The notes beneath the pieces are model-generated. The model did not search any database, had not been told where the DNA came from, and saw only the letters and a program-made list of their open reading frames with translations. DNA of 37,677 bases. Source: Lenisia limosa. Its lineage: Eukaryota; Protista; Breviatea. Location of the stretch: positions 1 through 37,677 of the forward strand of contig LPNZ01011378.1 in NCBI GenBank assembly GCA_001655205.1. Reading direction: 5' to 3'. Below are positions 12,001 to 24,000 of this stretch, piece after piece. Positions within the stretch are counted from its first letter, which is position 1; each line of letters opens with the position of its first letter. The position numbers and the translations under genes are program-made.

Positions 12001-15000
12001 TTGCTGTCTAAAAAATTTACCATTCATTTTTCTCATGTAAATCACCTCCTATCCCCACGCACATGGTATTGGAACTGTCTGCTCTCCAGGCCCGCAATGG
12101 CGTCCAGTGCCACCTGTGAGATAATTCGCGCCTGTTCTTCTCCCTCCACCGTTCCGTCATTGTCGAGGATTGTGTTGAAATCGATTTTACAGACGGGAGC
12201 GCTGGGGGTCATGGCTAAAGCTTGTTAGGGTGATCATCCAAGACATATAATAATACCAAACTCTATGGGAAGGTTTCATAGCTTGGTGGTATTCACTTGG
12301 TGTACAGGTAGTAGAATGAAGAATGGGATCGGGCAGATATATTATAAAAAAAATGGTACGCATTATATATATGATATACTATATAGATATACATCATATA
12401 CTAAAACGCACTACTATTATGAAAATGATATTGGGAGACCACTTTAGTAAGCCTTTTTAGGATTATGACTTTAGTATTATGATATGATACATCATGACAA
12501 GTCAATCTACCCTTTTTACGTTGGTCATCAGAGGGGTCACAAATGTCATTATCTTCGTAGTTGTTGTCTTCATCATCTTCATTAAGGGCATTATCAATGG
12601 ACACCCTGCTATGTGTTAATAACACATACTATGAACGATAAAATACACATACTTCAAATTGATGATTTATATAATATCATATAGCTATATGAAAACAATG
12701 GAAAACTCCCATAAGAATTTTCTGATAATATGCAACAGTAATTTCACGATAGAAACAATTAGTATCTACTCATGTCTTACTCTCAGAACAAGTTAGATTA
12801 CCGCACCGCCCGACTTATCAATGATATTGAGGTCGAACAGTGAGGGGTGGCGTGATGCGTGAGAGCTCTCTGACAACAAATGCCGAATCACATTTGACTC
12901 CACTCCCACATCTAAGTTGGTGAATGTTGCAATGGAATATATGAAAACATAAATAGAGTATATTATACATATCAATATAGTGTATACAAACATAAACATG
13001 TATATACAATGTATACATATGCATGAACGGCTAAACCCTATAAAACCCTATAAATCCCGATATTTTTATAAATTTTNNNNNNNNNNNNNNNNNNNNNNNN
13101 NNNNNNNNNNNNNNNNNNNNNNNNNNNNNNNNNNNNNNNNNNNNNNNNNNNNNNNNNNNNNNNNNNNNNNNNNNNNNNNNNNNNNNNNNNNNNNNNNNNN
13201 NNNNNNNNNNNNNNNNNNNNNNNNNNNNNNNNNNNNNNNNNNNNNNNNNNNNNNNNNNNNNNNNNNNNNNNNNNNNNNNNNNNNNNNNNNNNNNNNNNNN
13301 NNNNNNNNNNNNNNNNNNNNNNNNNNNNNNNNNNNNNNNNNNNNNNATTAGAAACAGAAAGTCAGACCCCCAAAACCCTTAAAATGGTCGAATCAGATTT
13401 TGAAATGACGTTAGTAGGCTCCAGATATGAAGCCTGATATTTTGACTGAAATTACCAACAAAGGAATATTCGAGAATTTTGGTAATTTCAGTCAAAATGT
13501 CAGGCTTCATATCTGGAGCCTACTAACGTCATTATAAGTTTTAAAGGGCTGTCAGAAGAGAAAAGGCTGTTTTTGACTTTCAAAGCCGCCCTATTTTCCT
13601 ATTAGGCAAGTAAGGAACTTTCTGGAACTTTCGGGGTCCGAATCACAAAAATATCGCAAAAGTTATGAAACTTCCACAAACTTAATTCCAAATTTGAGAA
13701 CATCCCAAAATAACAAAAAGAGCAAGATTTTTGAACTGATTATTTCAGAAAATGACCTCGGGTGCCCGGCTCGGAGTGCCATTTTTTCTGCAATTTGTGT
13801 GAAATTTTACATTTGGTCATTATTTCGTATTTTTATTGGTTTTTATTGATGTCCAAGTTTTTTGAGGGAAATTATTCAAAAAGTTTATAAAAATATCGGG
13901 ATTTATAGGGGGTTTAGCCGTTCATGCATATGTGATGTTGTATTCAATAAGAGTGAATTAAACAAAAAATTAAATCACCGATATTAGTCACCTTTCCCAC
14001 ACACCTACAACTAAGGCATCCTTGAAGTCCCATAGAGCGTACTGAAACTGACGCGCTGTTGTCCTGTTGAATGATAAAGGGTGTCATAACAAGAATAACG
14101 CAGTGGAGAAAAGTAGTGTTTGTTTATTTGTAGAGAATAAAACTTGTGAATGTGATAATACATGGTCGAGAAGTGGTGAACGACACAAGCTGAGACGTTT
14201 GTTGGTGTATATTTTAATAAAACCAAAGTATTATTCCTATAATATATCCATTATTATCAAGAAAACATCTCATATTTCTTCCAATTGTATAGTGTTGTTT
14301 TATTGATACTAGACCTACCTGCAGTCCACTAGGTGCTCGGTTTGCTGCAAGCCCTGACTGAATTCATCGGAATGTTCTAAAATCAATCAAATTATTAAGT
14401 TTTCATAAATTATATATTAACACAATTATTGCCCGTTTTGGACAACAATGTAGCTAAAATTAAACAACCCACGCCAAGGGAAGAGAAGTTTGATGATTGA
14501 CTTGGTAACGTCCTCCAGCATGTTCAAATTGGCATCGCAGATACTAATGTCTCCCTGTACGTAGCATTCGGGCGCGACCTGCAATGATAAAGATAAGTGT
14601 TAGTGCTGTTTTACATGTTCATTTTGAAATTTTCACAAATGGTACTTTAAGTGTTAAAAGCGATGAATAACTACATTTGAAGCGTTGATGAGTTGGAATA
14701 AATGCACTTTTAGGATGAAATCAGTTATGAAATATCCTTCTATAAAATCTCTAAGGCGGACTTTGAACTCGCTAGGTAGAATGAGACGATCAGCCGTTTG
14801 GCTGATCTTGGCGCATCGGCATCCAATCAACGCTGAGGAATTTAGTAATATTTCTTTAGAAATATTTCTACATATCAGAAGTTTACACATTCCTATATAT
14901 AAGAAATACTCCCATTGCAAGGGAATAAAGCAAGTTATTCACTCCCCTCCAACTTGTAATATCGTTCATGAGTAAGGAAGTGATTTGGGCGGTCTTGTTG

Positions 15001-18000
15001 GCATTCTGCACCAGAGACCTAATAAACTTGCTGCGCAGACTTGACTTGGCTTGTTCGATTTGAAGAAGCAGTGCCCTCCGTGTGTTAGATTGGATGTGTG
15101 TTTGAATTTAACTCGATGACACCAACCATACATATATTGATTAAAGGAATATTTTAAATGTTTTCAATTTATTTGATATCAACATGGAGAGAATAGTTTG
15201 AGTATCATTTTGAAAGTTAACAATTTTGTAATTTTTACAATATTTCATTGATATTGTAAATCAAATGTTTTTACGTACTCTTTTGGTGATACAAGAATAT
15301 TACGGTATCACTTTCCATCCAGAAGAGCATACTCAGACTGATCCAATACAAGTTTGGCTTCGTTTGAAATGTCCTTGTCAGCTTGAAATGACCTAAATAA
15401 AGTCAAATATCAAATAATCATGAAGAAATGGAAATTTGAGGATTATTTAACAACATAATGAACAATTGTAGATGATAGCATAATATACTTGATCTGAGAA
15501 ATCTAATGCAAAGATGACCAACACTACTTGAGTCTGAGGGGCTAGTAACCAACCTGATGGTGTTGACAAACGACTCGTTTTCAGATTCCGGGAGGTAGGG
15601 CGCATGGGTGATGTTACCTGTGAGGACGCACGACTATGGTAGTGTGTAAGTGTTAACACTGTTAAAAGTCAAATTAATTCAGCAAATAAGCTGCAACCCA
15701 TAAGTCCCCAAACAACCATGATTCTTCTGAAACTTACAGCAATATGAAGTTTACAGTGTATTGAATCATAGCCCAATATTGTACATATAATACGTACATC
15801 TGATATTTCTCCAATAGCTTACGGCAATATAAGTGTCTTCCCAGATGGCTGTTCTTGGTCCCACGTTGGTCTTTGACTCCACCACTGTACCATCGGACTA
15901 AACGGAAGGAAATAATATTACAAAGGGAATATTAAGCTTTATAATAATTGAGAAAATGAAGGAATGTGTACGTGTTCTTTACAAATATTACAAAAAAATT
16001 GAAATTTCATTTGGTTTTATTTTACTTAAAATTAGTGATTTTAAAGTGGCTGTTTTGGTAATTGAAGAAAATGAAACTACGCTATTTTCAACAGTTCATA
16101 TGATGACAAATGAGCAAAATCTAAGTATTTTTCCAACAATGTGAGTAAATGACGATAAAGGAAAAGAGCCTACAGCTAGATCAAAATCGGCGTGGAGCTC
16201 CTGCTGGTATGACTGCCACGACTTTTGGAAGGCAATCTACATCTTTGAGCAGCAAATGTTACCCGCGCAGCCACAATGGATCCAATGCAATCAAAAATTG
16301 AACAATTTGGTTTAAAAAAATATAAGGTTAATCATTACTTACCAGCCAAGAATTTAATAATATAGGAAACTCCCCAAACTTTGTGTACAACATGCTTGTA
16401 GTCTTGACTGAATCTAGAGATAAAGAACTCCGATCGCGACTCGTCGACTGAGAGCAGCGCAGACTGTGAATAGGCATAGGTTATTTTTAATCATTCAATG
16501 GAACTTTTGACAAAGCACATTTGAATACTGAGTAGTTTTCAACTATCAATTAATAGAGGGAAGGTATTTGTGGGAATTGTTATGTAATGGGGCTTATAGA
16601 GATTTTGTGAAGTAAAATGACCAGAGGAAGATTTGTGATCGGTTTTCTGTGTACCTCGAGGAGCAAACAGAGAGCAAAGTAGACTCTGACAAAGGAATTT
16701 TGGGTGAATATAAAAATGGGGGGATGGTGGAATGAAAGAATTTTAATAAAGATTATTGGCTGAGAGTGGTTGCTTTGTTTGAAAAATGACAACAAAAGAT
16801 TATCACAGTGAAGGTAAAAAGATTGTTTGTTTAGTGTCAATTCATACAAAAGACATGTTTTTTATGCCACTTACAGAAGATATGTTGATACTTTGAAGCA
16901 ATTTGCCGTTAATGAGGGTCCGAACTTCAACTAAAAACTTAGTTGTACAAATATCCCAATACTTTTGGTGATTAAAATATTTGATAAGTATTATTTTCAA
17001 TGTAGTGACTTGCGAATGCTATTTGTTGACAATTATCAATTTGTAAAATGGGTTGTTCATAAAAAGACACACTTGTTGATCTAGTAATCAAGCTAAAGTC
17101 ATGTTTTGCATGGTCATCATACTAACTTGCCCAAATCTCACCAAATCCTTGAGACACAGCCACTACGTAGGGAAATACAAAACCTAAATCAGTGAAACAG
17201 GAGCTTTGAATTAGAACTATCTTTTTGATTTTGTTTTCTTGTCACTATATTTGTATTTTTCCTGATTTTCGTAGGTTTCTTAGCTCACCGATCCCAAGGG
17301 GAACAGCGTTCCATTTGAAGACAAAGTCGCGAGTTGGCTTCCCGAGGGAGTCTACCAGGATACCAATTGCTGCAGTCGTAAACCGGAAACAACTCAAATA
17401 CTCAAATTTGAAAAAATCAATATGGAAGTACGAGTGATTACACATACCATCTGCAAACTGTATTCATAAGGTGCCAGCTTACTATTGTAACAAAGGAGGA
17501 AGTTATTTGACCCGACATCATGGACGGTCAGGGGTACCAACTTAGTCTGGGTGCACGTTAAAATGCCATTACTTTTAACTAATACACTGGCAAATAGATT
17601 TTCCATATTCAAAATATCATCGTTTTATTATGAATTGAAATAGAAATAAAGACAACCCCAGAATACCGCGGGTTTGAACAGCAGACGAGGGGGAGCTACG
17701 GTGCCATTGAGAGGAACCAGGAAGAAGGCGTTTCCTATGACGACAATGGCAACGTTGTGGAACAGGTAGGCAGCTGTAACTCTTCCGCACGCTTCCACTG
17801 TCTGCCATAGTCATAAGTTGTATTGAGTTGAGACACTGTGAGTTTGATTAGGATCAAAATATTCTCAGATTAATATCAAATATTTACCACGAGGAGAATA
17901 GAATTAAAGACTATAATCATCTTGCTTGATAAATATATCATAATAAGTATTTGGTAAGAAAGAACTGTACTCCACCTTCTATCATCCAAATCTATCACCA

Positions 18001-21000
18001 CCCCCCTCCACTTTTATCACAACATCCCTACTTTTATCTCCACCCTCAATCTCCCCACCTTGATCTCCCTCACGCCGCCAACGCTCCAGGTGCCGATGGT
18101 AATGAGCTTTTTGTTGGCCGCAACAAAGTCATATTTTGTCGTTTTGTGGCCTACTTAGAATTAATCTAGTTGGTAGCCTTAAAGTGCATAGTCCCTTCAT
18201 GTTTTTTTTTGTTTTGGGAATATAATTATATCTAATTGATCTTCTAGAGTAATGTTTATACTTGACAAATCATACATAGTTGTCTTTAATGGTTCAATCT
18301 CAGAATAAACAGTAACAATATTCTCCATCACAAAAGACTCCGTATACATTTAATTTAATCTTAAAATTTTGGAATTTTTTTTCATATTACAGTTTAAGGA
18401 ATAGTTAAAGCTAAATAACTTCCTTAAACCGTTTCTAATAGCAAACAAATTCAAAAGATGAAACCATCTGGCAACAAAAACCTATACCTTGAACAATAAA
18501 GATGTCGGAGTGATCAGGTGTCACCTCCCGCTTAACCTAAAACATTATTACCAGCGGAAACACTTGTGTTCTCAATGATAACAAATACTATATGATTTAC
18601 TATACACTAAAGCTTGTAGCATGATTCACCTCCAGATTAAGCATCACAAAAAAGACGTCCCACGTGGCCTAACTTTTACACAGCGTTTATTCTATAGTAT
18701 CAAGTATAAAAATATGATCCAGTCACACTTCTCACAAACTCAACATTACCAAAACTGGGACCTAAAGCAGTATGCACCACCACCCTGAGGTCTTACAATT
18801 TATAACGCGTACCCACCTTTTAATACTAGTAAGATATAACTTCGTTTCTATGCCCGAAACAAACCTCCCTTGCCCTGATGGCACCTCTCTTGCCCTGATG
18901 GCACACCTCCCTTGCCCTGATGGCACACCTCCCTTGCCCTGATGTCAAACCTCCCTTGCCCTGATGGCAAACACATCAGCTTTGATACTTGACGTTGTAG
19001 CGGTGGGAGAACCTGCTGTCAACTAAAATATTAAAGTTATGATTGAGATTCTTTGATTTGAACAATAAGATTGTCAGAGGTACTATTACTTAATTCTTAG
19101 TTAATAAAGAAGCAATTTCTTATTGCTGGCGCTGTAAAATAAGCAATTCAAATAAGCAGAGCACTAGTAGAATTTCCAAACTTAACAAAGATTTAAACTT
19201 GAACTTTACCCCGTCTACCAGAGGGAAAACTGCAGGACGTGCGTGGCTGCCCAACGATGATAAGTTGTATGAAAAGACGTTGGAACCTAAAAATCATAGG
19301 TCAGAGAAAAAGTCGGCTTTAATCTTGAGAATTTATGAGATTACTTTAAGGACGTTTTTCTGTGTTTTGCCAGTGATAATTCTAAACTTCAAATCATTTT
19401 TCAAGACTAACCGCAATAAGTTCAGTAATTTCAAGAAGATAAACCCACTCACCAGTGACAATAAACACGGTATTGAGAGATTCAGCTATGTGAATGTCCC
19501 GAATATGCGACGTTGTAAGGCATCGGATTAATCTTTGGTGTTTTCCTATTGAGATGAACAGCTCCAAAAGAGTTGTGCATTATTATACCAGAATTTGTCA
19601 CAAATCGACTATCCTTCAATAACCAAAAAATAAAAGGACTATACAAAGGATATACCATATATTGTAAATTTCAGATATTGGGGATGTCATATATTATTGA
19701 GTTTAGGCCCAATTTACCAGCCAGCGGAGAGAACAGATACAGCCCATTCTCTGCTGCAAAGACGTAACAACGGTCATGTCCTTGGTAAGTGAGTCTTGAA
19801 GACAGAACATTTATTTGAGTGATTCATTTAGCAACACAGCACTATAGAATGTGATTTTGAATTACTAACATATAACTTCAAGTGAGTTTTCAAAAAAACG
19901 AGAAGTGTATTTACAAAGCCACAAATCTGAAAAATGAACCATTATTAATGCCACTTGAGTAACATAGCAGCTTATCAAGTATTTGAGAAATGAGTGATAT
20001 TCAATAAGATCTGGCTCAAAAAGACAGCACCTAATGAAAAGCCTTATATTATCATGTGACTTTTGATTTTAGAATAACGCAGCACCAACCTTGTCGATAC
20101 CATGGCTTGAGAGCCAAAATCAAGAGAGGAAACGAGAGTTCTTTGCTAGGCTCAAATACCTTGATTCTCATTTGTTGCATCACAAATTTAATGCTTCATT
20201 AGGTGGCTATTATTGTTTTTTTAGTTTTAAAGCATTGAATTTGTGATGCAATAATTTTCATTTCATTTAATTATAATTTTAATTAAATGAAATGTCCAAA
20301 TTCTTTTCAAAAACCAAATTATAATCGAACATTCATAACTTCACGTACATTTCCCAAGTTTAATGCTCAGTAAAATGAGTATTGTAATTGTCAAATTTTG
20401 AACATAACCGAAAATGTTGTAAAAATTATTCAGCTTGTATCAAAAACAAAAAAAATAATGACTGTTTTCTATCAGACTGAATCCTCTAACACCATATGCC
20501 CAGTTACCTGTACGGTTGAGGCCAATTCAAACTTCAAGGCGCGCTCTCTACTTACTAAAGCTTTTGCTAAAGATGCCTCGGACGGTTCAATCTGAAAGGT
20601 AACAATTTTCCATATGGCAATAAGCAAAATCGAAACGGTTGTGATGGTTTATTGAATCATTTGTTTGGTATAAACGTGAAGTAGACAATTATATTCTGTT
20701 GTTGTCAGTCACGGACACACCATTTTGCCCTTCTCCTTGCTTTTGCCATTGTCACTGTGAATAGAACTGATGAGGTACTCCACTGTGTTCATCATCTTCA
20801 TTCGGAAAGCTGGTGCAGTGTAGGTTGCCCTCTCACCGTTTACTGTGTTATTAAGGGGACGTTACCTTGGGATGTTTAAAACGTGTTTCGGAAGATGCAA
20901 AGAGATTGAAAGAGATTTTCAAAGATAATTAAAAAGAGATTTACAAAGAGATTTACAAAGATATAATGATGTTTCAAGAGTTTTACAAAAGAATTTACAG

Positions 21001-24000
21001 GGAAGTCTGTGCCACATTTATTGGAGATGATAAAGTACCTCAAAATGTGTTAAAACCCCCATACCCTTGGAATTAGGATAACTGATCTGAAAAATCGTAT
21101 ACACATTCTAGCCCTTACCAAGTCACATTCTAGCTCTTACCAAGTCACATTCTAGCCCTTATACCAAGTTTGGCGATGAGAAAGTCTGAGAAGTCACTGT
21201 TTTTAGACTTCGAGAACAGCGGGATTTTGGGCAGTGAAGGGCCAAATGCTGGCACATTGTCTTTGACTGCGACAGCTACTCTGGGGAGGGGGGGTGATGC
21301 AAGCTTGGGATTAATGAATCAAGCTATTTATTGGTGGTGGTTGGGGTCAAATTCTAATTGCATTTGGGTATGGGTGGCTAAATGGGTACTAGTGGGTTAA
21401 TGAAGGAAATAATCATGAGAGAGGGAGAGATTGGAAGTGGTGAGATAAATTCATGAAGGAATAACACAAATTCCGATCTCCACTCTGGTAGGGGTGTAAA
21501 GCTATTTGTGGATTAATATTAAAATAAATCTCTGAAATTAATTTGAAAACACAAGGTGAAATTGATAGAGGCAAATCCAACCTGTACCGCTTCACTCCGT
21601 CCTTCCCCTCTTCAGGCCGGACAACAACAAACAAGTCTAAAATGTTGTTGCAAATATGAGATTTTCGTATATCTATTTAATAGTATTGTCTTCATAATCA
21701 TTGGAAGATTTGCTGCAAAAAGAAGACCAATTGAAAATTCATTTCCTTTTAGTTATCAAATGTTCGATGCAAATAGTGCACGATTTAATGAAAAGCAAAT
21801 CCAATTGGGAATAAAGTTGCCGATAATCAAATGGTAGCATCATTTAATCATGAATATGTTGCATTCAACAGTTTTTTTAATATTATGCAAAGAATAAACC
21901 CTACGATTGAATTGGGAATGGATAATTGTTGGATCAAATGGTGTCAAACAGTCTTCATCCTGAGAATGGGTTGAAAGATTCTCATAATAAAAACTACTAC
22001 AAATGATGATTATGAGAAAAATTTTCTACTTTAACACGTTTTACAACTTGATTGAAATCTATAACAGAATGATAAATGTGAATCACTTCAAGAAAGGCCA
22101 TTTCTTTTCTCATCTGATATACCGAGAACTTGCGACCAACCTGATATACAACAACACAAATATCATTCCCGATGTGCCGTTTCCTCTCAATCTACAAGTG
22201 TAACAATATCAATTCAAATAAGAACAAAGAGAAGTTTTAGACAACGCAATCAATACGCTCAATACAACCTAAGAAGAATGTTTTGTTGCATACTAACATC
22301 AACCATCTGCATAGTGGTCAGTGAGAATTGAAATTCAGTGGTATAAAATAGTGAGATAACTCAAAATGGATAAATTCATTGTAACAAGGAAAACCGTTTA
22401 ATATAAGGGATGAAAACATAGGTTTTATTTCATCCACAGAGTGGAACCAACCTGCTGGAGGTCAATGGAGTTGTAAGGCAGCAAGGGGGCGACATGGGAC
22501 ATGATCTCGTAACCTGACCACTCCATATAAACCGATTCGGTTCCGGTTTGAAGAGATTCTGGAGGTGAAAATTGAAACAACTCAAGCTGTCCAAATGTGT
22601 TCTCATACAGCCCTTTCCACCTTTATTATCCAGTCCAGCACGGAATTTCGACCAGCCGAGCAGGGAAATCCGATCACCTAAATCGTAACTTTCTAGTTTT
22701 AATTACTCTCAACTCCCAGTATAGTTAATTAGTCGCCTAAGATACAATATAAACCCCCCATGTCTCCCAGGTCTATGAAGTTGCCAAAATTGATTTATAA
22801 AAACAAAATCTTCACAATATTAATTTTGCTGAAATAAATTTCATCAAAATAGTTAAGAAACACTGATACAGAGTTGTACAAAGTAACACACATATTTATT
22901 TTATACATCAGAATGAAAACCAAAATATACTACAATCCTATTAAGGAACACTCCTTAGAAATACCCAATAATTATACAACTGTACAAAAAATCCCCGAAA
23001 GTTTCAACGCCTACCCATGAATGTAAGAAACTGGTTGAAAGCCATTGTGTAGTTCACATTCGCCACGTTCCTGGTAAGTAATAGATTATCAAATCATGTC
23101 ACTTTTGGGTTCATTGCCATATTCTACGTGATATGACACGACATTATCTAGTTTCATAGTTTGATCAACAAGTCTCAATAATTCTTTGATACACTCCTGA
23201 TGAACCCTCCTGATATCTTCATCATTTCAACATGAAAGTCGGTCATATTATCATATCACTCATAGATTAGGGCCAACATTTACTACTGATAACAAGTATG
23301 ATATGATATATCACGTTTCTTCTAAAGGTTCTTCGTTCATTATTAGAAAGATAACTCATCCTCCCATCACTTCACCATCTATATTTTTAATCCTCCAAAC
23401 TGTTCTTCGTTCTTCCCATCCGCATTGTAGGCTGCAGCCAGAGTGTTATTAGCGTTCATGAGATCAAGAGGCTTCATTGTCTGTGTGAATCGCTTGCCTC
23501 CACAAGAGGTCACAATGTCAACCTGATTGTGACTATTTATCAAATTGTGGCAATAATGTGTTTGAATACCTTATTTATGTCGCGTATAAATCATAATAAA
23601 AACAGCCCATTCACCTCTTTCGAGTCAATTCGCGACCCATTGAGACAGTTATTGTATATCTGTTCCTCCTCCGTCTGGCCATCATGTTGCCACACCACAC
23701 CGAACTTGTAGGCGGGGTAGGTCTGAAGAGATAAATCTAGAATTTATGTCTGTGGTCCTTATTGTTACGATATTAGCACAAATATTAATTACAATCAGGC
23801 GTTTTACATCAGATGTAACCAACCGCAGTATTATTGCAATTATTATCCCATATTCTCAATAATTTAATTTTCAACATTATTGCAAATTCAGATCTCGTAC
23901 TTGCATTTCTTCAAGTCGTAGAAGAGAGTCAAAGATCTGACTGTTCGTAGCGCTGGTGACTTTTGAGACGATGATGCCGAAGTAGTATGACAGCAGGTAG

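Noticed and set aside
12817-12917. Ankyrin-like reading (VIRHLLSE...DLNIID)
   Set aside because: Single segment, no TPLH motif and no neighbouring repeats.
15818-15897. C2-like motif (SKTNVGPRTAIWEDTY)
   Set aside because: Flanking exons do not supply the remaining C2 strands.
16900-17162. RhoGAP-like reading WLCLKDL/LKFGPSL
   Set aside because: Wrong frame; the phase-1 frame gives VAVSQGFVEVRTLINGKLLQ, a clear CNH motif.
18861-18968. Direct repeats as a CRISPR array
   Set aside because: Units are contiguous with no spacers, in a eukaryotic intron with no cas genes.
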